Virus record (IMG/VR): IMGVR_UViG_3300027798_000027 | Span: 1 to 64,000 of that record | Source of the DNA: a virus | Lineage: Duplodnaviria; Caudoviricetes | Length of the DNA stretch: 64,000 bases | Strand: one strand, 5' to 3' | Shown here: positions 9,233-17,661 of the stretch, piece by piece | Numbering within the stretch: position 1 is the first letter of the stretch | How the letters are laid out: each line of letters begins with the position of its first letter | Notes under the pieces: model-generated | The model's input: the letters and a program-made list of their open reading frames with translations, nothing else | Database searches by the model: none | Told to the model about the DNA's origin: nothing | Position numbers and translations under genes: made by a program

Positions 9233-9939
9233 GGTTTGGAAAGTCAGATAAGATACAGTTTATAAGCACTATTGAAGGTTTGGAATCTATTGAAGAGTGT
9301 TTGCCTAGACCTGCTAAACATTTCATTCCTCAGTGGTTTAAAGATATTCCTTCTACAAAAATAGGTACCGTAAAAGATTGTCCATCTTTTCCAGATTATT
9401 TTTCTCAAGGCTATATTATACCAATGTGGTGTGATACAAAGTTAAGGTGTGACAATGATAGGTGGCTTGTGGAAACATCCACACCACTAGTCTCTTGGGG
9501 GCATCATGGTAATGATCAATTTATAAACTATACAAATGCAAATTTTAACGGAGTTGATGGACAATTTGTTTTTAAAGCACATTCTCCATGGAAAATTATA
9601 ACTCCTCCAGGTTGGTCTGTTTTACAGTTACCATTATTTTATCATTTTAATAAAGACTGGTCCGTACTTCCTGGAGTTACAGATACAGATATAGATCAAG
9701 CAGTTAATCAACAAGTTTTATATCATGGAAATGGAAAAGAAATAATTATCAAAAGAGGAGAGCCTTTTGTTCTGTATGTTCCTTTTAAAAGATCACAAAA
9801 ATTAAAAAAAGAAATACGATATCAAACAGAAAAAGATAAAAAAATATTTAACAAAACTGAATTTAATTTGCATTCTGCCTTTATGCCAAATGGAATATAT
9901 AGAAAAATGCAAAGAAAAAGAGATAAAGAATTATCGTAA
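9229..9939 (+). CDS. DUF6065-like / dUTPase-fold-like accessory protein (paralogue 2)
   Basis: PQWF, KDCPSFPDYFSQGY, TPPGWS, LPGVTDTD, GEPFVLYVPFKR. Confidence 0.6.
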   Translation: MRFGKSDKIQFISTIEGLESIEECLPRPAKHFIPQWFKDIPSTKIGTVKDCPSFPDYFSQGYIIPMWCDTKLRCDNDRWLVETSTPLVSWGHHGNDQFINYTNANFNGVDGQFVFKAHSPWKIITPPGWSVLQLPLFYHFNKDWSVLPGVTDTDIDQAVNQQVLYHGNGKEIIIKRGEPFVLYVPFKRSQKLKKEIRYQTEKDKKIFNKTEFNLHSAFMPNGIYRKMQRKRDKELS

Positions 9940-11499
9940 GTATTTGTTTGCTAAATAGGCTGTTAGTGCTATTCCCGCACAAATTGCAAGAATTAACAAA
10001 CCTCTATCTGAGTGATCATAATCTCCAAGATGTATAAGGCTATTCATTATTCTTCAAAAGAAGACTGAGTCTCCATTAGTTTATTAAACTTTTCTTCTTC
10101 ACTCTGACCACACTCACAGGCATCACAACACTTTGTTTTTTTATTTAATATGCTCATACCTTTTGGAGTATGTCTGTAGGGTGGTACATTAATTTCAGAT
10201 TCCATGATCCTCCATGTATTTTAGTCGCTCCATAAGTTTGTGGTGCTCTGGATCTTCAAGCATTTCTTTAATAGCATCTGTAACTTTTTGACTTGGCATA
10301 CCGTCGTCATCTGCCATAGATGCTTCAAGGTTGTCTAAAATAGCCATACCAGTGCTGCCAAACCAATTATGATGATAGAGATTAAAATTTTTTGCTTCAT
10401 TCGCATGAAGTGCAGTAGTTATGTATTCTTATGTTTGTTTTTGCTACCCAGATAACTTTAGCGCAATGGTAGCAAGACCGCATAGAGTATTGTTTTTCTC
10501 TACGGTCCTTCCGAATTTCTAGTCCAAGTAAGTGCATATATTAATTCTATCATATAGACCACCAGGTCGTCAAGTTGTAGAAATACCCGACTTTTTCCTT
10601 GTAATCTGAGTATAGTTTATTTTGCTTAATCAAATCAGTATCGTGGGTATCCAAACCACAGTATCGGCATAACCCAGGACCTGTGTATGTATAGACGTGT
10701 TGGCACATAATATGATTATATACTATGAGCATGCCCCCTAGCAAATATATCTTTAGACTTTTTATAACAGTAATGATTTTAGCATACATAAGCAAGTGGG
10801 CAATTCAGGAAATACAGGTAGATTTCTTTACTACTTATCCAGAACTTAATCCAGCGAATATATTCCTACCCGCCTAAATCTGAAAAAATTTTCATTTTGA
10901 GAAAATCTGAATATTTTTCTTAGATGTATGATATGTGATTTTAAAAATAAAAAATAAAAAAAATAGTGAGCACACCACTGTGGATAGTGTGCCCTAGCAG
11001 CCTATGCTACTTACTTATCTTTTCTAATTAAATTAATAGAATAAATAAAAGCAATAGAGCCAATCAATAACCAAGTAGGAATTTCAATACCTACTCCGTT
11101 AGGCCATAAGCCATTGATGTATAGAGAAAAATATTCTCTGTCAAATAATAGTTCTAGGTTCACTATGCTACCTGCTCAATCTTGTGAACCATGTGCTCAA
11201 ACTTGAGTGATGATGTGTTTCCCTCATTGAGATCTTTCATAGTAGCGATGATTTCTTTCATGCTCTCAGCGGTTAGCAAACCTTTGTTTAGGCTACCTTG
11301 CCAAATTGTGTAAGTGATTTTCATTTATAGAACTCCTTCGTTAGTTAGTGCGATACCAAATATCATTGTGATAAAAGATAGTGATGAGATAATTAGTAAT
11401 ACTGTTAGCATTAGTCCTTATCCTCTCCGAACATTTCTACTAACACCTTGTTAGCATTTTGTAAAGCCTCTATGGCTTCGTTAACTTTGTCTATGTTAT

Positions 11500-11697
11500 T
11501 TATTTCCATAGTGATAACTCCTTAGCATACTTAGCCTGTTGGGCTATTCTTAATCTATCAGCAGGGGTGTTGCTGTAGTCCTTATTCTGTCGCATGACTG
11601 CAACATTTTTCATAATACAATCAAAGCACATGGCTAGGATTGTTCGCTTACTCACCTGCGTAGGTGTATTGCATAATTCGCAATTTTTGTTTATCAT
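11500..11697 (-). CDS. Small Zn-ribbon early protein
   Basis: CELC...CFDC; SD AAAGGAGA upstream; promoter at 11739-11760. Confidence 0.6.
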   Translation of the reverse strand: MINKNCELCNTPTQVSKRTILAMCFDCIMKNVAVMRQNKDYSNTPADRLRIAQQAKYAKELSLWK

Positions 11698-11738
11698 TTA
11701 CTATCTCCTTTCGTGAGATGTTTCTTTGTATACCTGCA

Positions 11739-11760
11739 AGTCTAGCAGTAGGGACTGACA
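11739..11760 (-). promoter_or_regulatory. Phage promoter TGTCAG-N6-CTG-N-TAGACT
   Basis: Same spacing as four plus-strand copies (12200, 13006, 13548, 14426). Confidence 0.65.
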
Positions 11761-11771
11761 TTGTGGGGGCT

Positions 11772-11880
11772 TTATTCGCTAGGCTCATTGTGATTTGTAT
11801 CACACTTATTCGCTAGGCTCACGCCTTGTGCGGTTATTTGCTAGGCTCACCCTCTACTAGAGAGTTATTTGCTAGGCTCA
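11772..11880 (-). repeat. Array of four 16-nt repeats TGAGCCTAGC(A/G)AATAA with unique 18/12/15-nt spacers; candidate sRNA
   Basis: Repeats at 11772, 11806, 11834, 11865; no ORF; promoter upstream on minus strand. Confidence 0.9.
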
Positions 11881-11920
11881 CGCACTAATTTTTTATCTAT
11901 ATTTAATTTTGTATAATGGA

Positions 11921-11949
11921 ATTATAGCAGGGATAACCCCAAAAGTCAA
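11921..11949 (-). promoter_or_regulatory. Consensus sigma70/SigA promoter TTGACT-N17-TATAAT with extended -10 TG
   Basis: Read directly on the minus strand. Confidence 0.8.
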
Positions 11950-12041
11950 GACGACACGCCGTGAATAACACGCATGTAATTAGTGATATACACCACATGA
12001 CAAATGGTGCAAATCGGACATTGGCTCGGGGATTTTTTGAG

Positions 12042-12145
12042 TTATCCACAGGGGTTATCCACAGACACGCCCATACTGGCGGGTATACCAATGGGTATCC
12101 ACATGATATAGATCACACTACCATTTTACGCTCAAGTTATCCACA
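12042..12145 (+). promoter_or_regulatory. DnaA-box cluster (TTATCCACA at 12042, 12055, 12137; GTATCCACA at 12095)
   Basis: Perfect matches to the canonical DnaA box between divergent promoters. Confidence 0.65.
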
Positions 12146-12199
12146 TGACCTACATCACAAGACACAATGTCCGTTTTGTCCTACCTACTGGTCAGTAAA

Positions 12200-12221
12200 T
12201 GTCAGACCCCCCTGTTATACT
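12200..12221 (+). promoter_or_regulatory. Phage promoter TGTCAG-N6-CTG-N-TATACT
   Basis: Fixed-spacing motif upstream of the first plus-strand early gene. Confidence 0.65.
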
Positions 12222-12273
12222 TCTAGTATAAAGATTGAACAATAAGTAAATCTCTTAAAGAAAGGAATTCAAA

Positions 12274-12447
12274 ATGAATTCACTAAAAAATAAAGTGTGT
12301 AAGCACACCGCTAATGTATTAGCGATATCTATCGTAAATGATATGAAATATACTTTCTGCGAAAATTGTGAGCAGAATATTTATTCTCACTATATTGAGG
12401 ACAATGACATCATGTCATATTGGTCATCATGGAAAGTAGGTAAGTAA
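12274..12447 (+). CDS. Small early hypothetical protein (Cys/His-containing)
   Basis: MNSLKNKVCKHTAN...FCENCEQ...; SD AAAGGA. Confidence 0.6.
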   Translation: MNSLKNKVCKHTANVLAISIVNDMKYTFCENCEQNIYSHYIEDNDIMSYWSSWKVGK

Positions 12448-12552
12448 ATGATATCTACAATAAAATTAAATTGTCGTATATGCGAACAGCCTATCTATAG
12501 CGTTCACTTTGATACGCAAGACATAATCACTTGCTCCAATTGTTGGGAGTAA
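12448..12552 (+). CDS. Small Zn-ribbon protein
   Basis: CRIC...CSNC, 34 aa, abuts the previous stop. Confidence 0.5.
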   Translation: MISTIKLNCRICEQPIYSVHFDTQDIITCSNCWE

Positions 12553-12553
12553 A

Positions 12554-12675
12554 ATGTTTAACGAAATAAAAAATAAAATAATTCGTATTCAAGAATTGCG
12601 CCGCAGTAATGCGGCAACACCAATTCCAAATAAAAAAAATATAGTAGAAAGGTAAAACATAAAAATGCAAAATAA
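12554..12675 (+). CDS. Small basic ELRRSNAA-family protein, apparently frameshifted at an A8 run
   Basis: IQELRRSNAATPIPNKK; stop at 12655 as given, KKKYSRKVKHKNAK with one extra A. Confidence 0.5.
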
Positions 12676-12825
12676 TACAGAAAGCATAACTAAGCAATTT
12701 GAAAACGCAGTTGAATTAACTAATTTAACAGAAGCGCAATTAGAAATAGTTAAGCAAATTTTAATAAATAAATTTAATAAATAAATTTAATAAAAAAAAT
12801 AAAATAAATAAAAAAGTTTTGCAGA

Positions 12826-12844
12826 AATAAAAACTCTGCAAAAT
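12826..12844. terminator. Terminator-like hairpin TTTTGCAGA...TCTGCAAAA (stem spans about 12816-12844)
   Basis: Inverted repeat after the small-gene cluster. Confidence 0.4.
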
Positions 12845-13072
12845 TTATTTAAATAAAAATAAATTGCAATAAAAAACCCGAGCCACCTCGGCGCAGACGG
12901 CGTGTCGCTTTAAGGACAATGTGTTTAAGATCACAGAAATTTTGTGGGGCATATCACACCGCTGAGCGTCTCACTATTTAAGATTACTGGCTAGTAGGTT
13001 GTAAATGTCTGCTAATTCTGATAAACTTACGGAGTAAGAAAATAAATAACAAAAAGAAAGAAGGTGGCTATA

Positions 13073-13276
13073 ATGGCTAACTTATACACAATAGAGGATT
13101 TACTAATTGGTAAATCTTATTCATCTAAATCCTTAACTGACGGAACAATTATTTCCGCAGAAAAATCTAAAGGTGCTCTTTGGTATGGTGATAATACTGA
13201 GGCCTATTTCGTAGAAATAGATGAAGGTCGCATTAACAATACTTTCCGCACAGTAGCGGTTCAAGTAGGTGGCTAA
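13073..13276 (+). CDS. Small SH3-like beta-barrel early protein
   Basis: MANLYTIEDLLIGKSYSSK...GTII...; SD AGAAGGTGG. Confidence 0.5.
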   Translation: MANLYTIEDLLIGKSYSSKSLTDGTIISAEKSKGALWYGDNTEAYFVEIDEGRINNTFRTVAVQVGG

Positions 13277-13602
13277 TGTCTAACTACCTTAACTATCAAG
13301 ATGAGATTTACTCTGATCTAGTTGCTGAGTATGGTGAGGATATAACCCTTGCCTACCATAACGCCAATATTTCGGACATGTCTTAATGGGATATGTAGAG
13401 ATATTCCATATGGACTCTGAGGGTGCTGGGTGGCTGGATCTTTCAGATATACCGCCTGAAACCCTGCTGGAGTTAGAGTTAGGCTTATTCAACGAAGGGG
13501 CTTTGTGAGGTATCTCACACCCCAACACACCCCCTACAATTAGAAAATGTCAGCGATAACTGATAGAATAATAACTCAAACAAAAACGAAAGGTGGTCAG
13601 AA

Positions 13603-13788
13603 ATGACTTATACTGTAAAACTAGAAACCTTCAATGGTGCTGTAAAAACTATCAACCTACCTTCTAAGGGTGCGGTTGCTCAATTCATAAACACTTATCC
13701 AAACCAATTACCTGTGGGCGTTCATGTAAAAATGTCCTGTGATTTGCTTGGTGTTCGTGGCACAATAAAGGGAAAGGCGTTAGCATAA
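13603..13788 (+). CDS. Small early hypothetical protein
   Basis: ORF after promoter 13548-13569 and SD GAAAGGTGG. Confidence 0.65.
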   Translation: MTYTVKLETFNGAVKTINLPSKGAVAQFINTYPNQLPVGVHVKMSCDLLGVRGTIKGKALA

Positions 13789-13936
13789 TGATAAGTAGCG
13801 TAATGACTTTTTTGTGTGATGAGTGTAATGGTGCAGGTTATATTTTTTGGGGAGATAACCTTGACTATGATGTAGAAAAGTGCGAATGTAAAAACTTTGC
13901 ACTAGGCACTTTATTTACTACTAAGGAGAACGACTA

Positions 13937-14128
13937 ATGACTAGAAAAGACTACATACAAACCGCTAACATCTTAAAAGAATTTATAGATGAAATTCCTC
14001 AAACCACTTATGAGGATTTAATAGACCAATTTTGTCAATGGTTTAAATCCGATAACGCAAACTTTGACTACGCAAGATTTGAAAAGGCTTGCGGAATTGA
14101 TGAGATTGGATTAGTAAGTGTTAACTAA
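13937..14128 (+). CDS. Small early hypothetical protein (MTRKDY...FDxxRFxxAC family)
   Basis: Widely recurring phage peptide pattern; SD AAGGAG. Confidence 0.7.
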   Translation: MTRKDYIQTANILKEFIDEIPQTTYEDLIDQFCQWFKSDNANFDYARFEKACGIDEIGLVSVN

Positions 14129-14264
14129 TTTAGATTTGCTTGCAATTATTATTGCGCTAAGCGGTTCAATGTTGGTAATGTTTTTGTTTTATAAACAAAA
14201 TGTTGCACAAGATAAAGAAATTCGCAGATTGCGAAATGAATTGCGTAAAGCGTTAAAAGTATAA
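14118..14264 (+). CDS. Small membrane protein
   Basis: GTG start, hydrophobic helix then basic coiled coil. Confidence 0.5.
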   Translation: MLTNLDLLAIIIALSGSMLVMFLFYKQNVAQDKEIRRLRNELRKALKV

Positions 14265-14270
14265 ATAAAA

Positions 14271-14296
14271 ATCCTGGACACGATCTAAAACTGTCC
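14271..14296 (+). ncRNA. Conserved 3'-UTR H-type pseudoknot, copy 1
   Basis: ATC-CT-GGACA-C-GAT-CTAAAAC-TGTCC. Confidence 0.75.
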
Positions 14297-14636
14297 GAAC
14301 ATTTGTTCTAAAAGGCCCGAGGTGCTCGGCGCCTGCGGCGTGTCGTACACAGGTTTATCCACAGGACTATTATGTGATTAAAAACACACTCCAGATTCTC
14401 CAGATTAAGGCGTCTAATTGGATTTTGTCAGTCGTATCTGATAGGATAAAGATATAAAGAAAGAAGGAACAAATGGGTAAAGTAAAAGAAGCACTAATGG
14501 ATATACTAGAGCACGAATACTGCTACGGCTATGGTTGGATATATCAAGGAAATAATGTAGACTTTGATAGTGAGCCTTGCGAGTGTAATCCTCACGCTAT
14601 CTCCGCTGACGAACTAATGGATTGGAAACTAAACTA

Positions 14637-14852
14637 ATGGATAACGAATATAACTATTCTCTTACTACTTCCTATGACGGGAAGTTAATTCATACCCTGC
14701 GAGTTAGCGATATGCTAGAAGCGGTTAATGCTTGGACTAAATGCGTGGACTATGGCTTTGCTAAAGAATACGCAACCTATAACCTATCTGACCCAACAGG
14801 TAAAATGTATACTAAAACCTTCTACACTAACGGAGAGGTCGTAATTAAATAA
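14637..14852 (+). CDS. Small early hypothetical protein
   Basis: ORF track; start coupled to the stop of an upstream 14473-14637 ORF. Confidence 0.6.
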   Translation: MDNEYNYSLTTSYDGKLIHTLRVSDMLEAVNAWTKCVDYGFAKEYATYNLSDPTGKMYTKTFYTNGEVVIK

Positions 14853-15148
14853 TGGGAAGCATAACAGCAATAGGTTTAGCAGATACAACGCTAGACCTAG
14901 AAACACAATTAAAGTATCACTTACAGGGTAATCACTATCCACCAATACCAACAGTAATGGTTCAGCCATGTATTGAGGCTATTGACGCATACTACGATAA
15001 AGATTATTCTCGTAGAATAGAGTTGCCAGTTGTTGATGGCTTTCAGGTTAGTTGGAAGGGCAACACTTGGACTATCGCCAGCGCATTGGTATCACACGCA
15101 CACCTAGAGTGGTTTCTTGAGCCAGCAGATGAGGACTTATATGAGTAA
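14852..15148 (+). CDS. Early hypothetical protein
   Basis: HLQGNHYPP...IELP...HAHLEWF pattern typical of actinophage early genes. Confidence 0.65.
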   Translation: MGSITAIGLADTTLDLETQLKYHLQGNHYPPIPTVMVQPCIEAIDAYYDKDYSRRIELPVVDGFQVSWKGNTWTIASALVSHAHLEWFLEPADEDLYE

Positions 15149-15232
15149 AGACTTGCAAGATAAGTTAGACGCAGTTGCTAAAATTCTAGAACCTATCCTA
15201 TGGGAAACATTAGCAGAAATTGAGGAACAAGA

Positions 15233-15472
15233 ATGATTGATCTAGAAAATGATGATACCATTCAAATTGTGGACTATGTAAAGGTTGATATCTTAACTGC
15301 AGGACAGTTAATGGTTGATGATTGTATTTTAATTGGCGATGAGGTTGTGTCTATTGCAGATATAGTTTCATTACCTGATGGATATACTTTAGAAGTTGTA
15401 AATGATTTTGGTGAAAGAGAAACAATTCAAGTTGGTGAATACGATCAATTTGATTTAATGATGTTACAGTAA
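15233..15472 (+). CDS. Acidic small beta-barrel hypothetical protein
   Basis: 79-aa ORF with SD. Confidence 0.55.
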   Translation: MIDLENDDTIQIVDYVKVDILTAGQLMVDDCILIGDEVVSIADIVSLPDGYTLEVVNDFGERETIQVGEYDQFDLMMLQ

Positions 15473-15554
15473 AGGCCGCCCGAGGGGCGATTTGTCCGAT
15501 TTGTACTAATTAAGGCGAGTTGATATTTTTCCCACATTCTGCTAAAATGTTTAT

Positions 15555-16283
15555 ATGACAACACCACAATTAAAAAGATCACACGACAGAAAGGTTGCGA
15601 ATCTTGTTACAAAAAATGGAAAGCAAGCCGCAATTGCAAACACATTCGGCCTCCCCGCTGGAAAGGCTTATTCATGCCCTGGTGCCACTAGCATTTGTGA
15701 GAGCGTTTGCTACGCAGGAAAACTTGAAAAGTTATTCAAAGGAGTAAGAACTAACCTTCTACACAATTGGGAATTATTAAAAGACGCTGATGAACCTACC
15801 ATGGTTGATCTATTAGAGAATATGATTGCAGATTTTAGAAAAGATTGTGAAAAGAAAAATGCGCCATTGCTATTTCGCATTCATTGGGACGGTGATTTTT
15901 TTAATGATAAGTATACTAGAGCATGGCAATATGTCATCCTTACTAATACAGACATAAAGTTTTGGGTATACACTAGGGTAGAATCTGCAGCGTTAATGCT
16001 TAAGAATATTCCTAATCTATCTTTATACTATTCAACAGATAGTGAGAACAAGCAGATAGGTGTTAGTCTTAAGAAAGATCATGGCATACGCCTTGCATAC
16101 CTTGCAAAGAATTTTGCAATAGGTCAAGCAGATATGAAAGAGTTATTTAATAAGCCTGGGGCTAAGTGTCCTGAGAATCTAAAAGCCATTCCACTTATCT
16201 CAACCGCTGGTTCGGCTTGCGTATCTTGCGGTTTGTGTGTATACTCTAAGAGCGATATCGTATTCTCATCGTCTAAAAAATAG
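15555..16283 (+). CDS. GP88-like protein (Cys-rich, radical-SAM-like fold)
   Basis: FGLPAG..SCPGATSICESVCYA, FRIHWDGDF, WVYTR, C-terminal CPEN...CVSCGLC; leaderless promoter. Confidence 0.7.
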   Translation: MTTPQLKRSHDRKVANLVTKNGKQAAIANTFGLPAGKAYSCPGATSICESVCYAGKLEKLFKGVRTNLLHNWELLKDADEPTMVDLLENMIADFRKDCEKKNAPLLFRIHWDGDFFNDKYTRAWQYVILTNTDIKFWVYTRVESAALMLKNIPNLSLYYSTDSENKQIGVSLKKDHGIRLAYLAKNFAIGQADMKELFNKPGAKCPENLKAIPLISTAGSACVSCGLCVYSKSDIVFSSSKK

Positions 16284-16505
16284 GGGTAATCTTGGAACTA
16301 GTAATTCTAACTATCTTATTTCTCATTGTCTTATTCGCAGGTCTTGGTCATAAATAATGTCCGTTTTGTCCGTTTCGGTGTGGAAGTGTGATACACATCA
16401 CAGATGGCACATCTCAAAATATGAGATTATCCATAAGATAATTTGTATTTTTGACGGAATAATGTTATTCTTAGGTAGTAAGCCAAACCAACAAGAAGGA
16501 GAAAC

Positions 16506-16673
16506 ATGTCAGTAGCAAACGCAATATACAAAGTAGGCGATACCTACACAAGCCAAAAATCTAAATCAACAGGTGTTATCAAAGAAATCGTGCCACAGGC
16601 AAATGGTAATGTTCGTGTTAAGTTAGATGTTAATGGCGCAACTCGCTGGACAACTTGGACATCAAAGTCCTAA
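16506..16673 (+). CDS. Small SH3-like protein (paralogue A)
   Basis: YKVGDTYTSQKSKSTGVIKEIVP...VRVKLDVNGATR; SD AAGGAGA. Confidence 0.65.
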   Translation: MSVANAIYKVGDTYTSQKSKSTGVIKEIVPQANGNVRVKLDVNGATRWTTWTSKS

Positions 16674-16692
16674 TTTTAGCCTAGTGGCTAAA

Positions 16693-16718
16693 GTCCTGAG
16701 CATGACCTAAAACTGCTC
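16693..16718 (+). ncRNA. Conserved 3'-UTR H-type pseudoknot, copy 2
   Basis: GTC-CT-GAGCA-T-GAC-CTAAAAC-TGCTC. Confidence 0.75.
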
Positions 16719-16767
16719 AACTCAATACCCCCTAGCAAACCCACCAACAGAAACGGAAACAAATCAA

Positions 16768-17190
16768 ATGGCAAGAAGCAAACCCATCAGCGTGAAAATC
16801 GCTACTGCTAAGGTTATTAAAGCCTTAGAAACAAAGTTAGCAGAAACAAAGGCTAACTACGCAAAGCAAGACGAGAACGAAGCCAAATACAAACTGGCAC
16901 AAGAAGCATGGTCAAAGGCTCTTGGCAAATGGGCATTAGATAAAATTGCTGATGCTAAAGACCTACGCACTAACTATCGTTCATACAACAGAACCCTTAA
17001 TGTTGATTTTGATTTAATTGTTGATAAAGATGCCTTCCCTCCTGAGCCTGAAAAGGAATATGAGGAAATCCACCGCCATGTCTATAACGAGATGGTAGAG
17101 GAAATGTCTAACGCTATCCGTATTCTACAAATGACAGATGAGGAAGTAGTCAATACTTCTACCTATAACGCTATCGCTAGATACCTTTAA
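16768..17190 (+). CDS. Helical early hypothetical protein
   Basis: 140-aa ORF after a C/A-rich leader. Confidence 0.7.
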   Translation: MARSKPISVKIATAKVIKALETKLAETKANYAKQDENEAKYKLAQEAWSKALGKWALDKIADAKDLRTNYRSYNRTLNVDFDLIVDKDAFPPEPEKEYEEIHRHVYNEMVEEMSNAIRILQMTDEEVVNTSTYNAIARYL

Positions 17191-17274
17191 TAGTTTGGGG
17201 GTATTTGACTATGCCCCCAAAATATGTTAGACTAAATAAGTAATGACCAACCACCACAACAGAAAAGGAAAATC

Positions 17275-17445
17275 ATGACACTAGGCGGATACACTTACCA
17301 AATAGGTGATTTATTCACAACTAGTAGAACAGGGATAACAGGTAGAATTGTAAAGTTCGCACCTATTAACTCTAAACTTACTAGAGTATCCTTACAGTTA
17401 GCAAATGGCGCACAACGCCTTGCTATGGTAAGCACAACTAAATAA
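17275..17445 (+). CDS. Small SH3-like protein (paralogue B)
   Basis: YQIGDLFTTSRTGITGRIVKFAP...TRVSLQLANGAQR; SD AAAGGA. Confidence 0.65.
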   Translation: MTLGGYTYQIGDLFTTSRTGITGRIVKFAPINSKLTRVSLQLANGAQRLAMVSTTK

Positions 17446-17495
17446 TTTATCTCTGACAAGCACTTGGCTTAATTGCTAAGTTATTCCTGAGATAA

Positions 17496-17523
17496 GATTC
17501 CTGAGTAAGAATCTAAACTGCTC
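17496..17523 (+). ncRNA. Conserved 3'-UTR H-type pseudoknot, copy 3
   Basis: GATTC-CT-GAGTA-A-GAATC-TAAAC-TGCTC. Confidence 0.75.
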
Positions 17524-17661
17524 ACTTTTTAATTGCCCTGCAAAAATCCCCCCGAGGAGCGTGATCTAAATCACATCCCATTATGTGAGACTAATTAAGA
17601 ACTAGACTTGCATTTTCCTAATCATCCTGATATTATTGTATTAACAGAAAAGGAACCCCTA

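Noticed and set aside
10870-10970. AT-rich tract as a physical genome end or pac site
   Set aside because: Suggestive composition only; no terminal repeat can be demonstrated without reads or the rest of the genome
11772-11880. CRISPR array interpretation of the 16-nt repeat array
   Set aside because: Repeats (16 nt) and spacers (12-18 nt) are far shorter than CRISPR units, the spacers are self-complementary, and no cas1/cas2/cas6 is present
11903-12245. ORFs 11961-12245 (+) and 11903-12091 (-)
   Set aside because: They overlie the motif-dense divergent promoter region, lack an SD and give no protein-like signal
13289-13528. 79-aa minus-strand ORF
   Set aside because: Antisense to two short coupled plus-strand ORFs that fit the early-gene pattern
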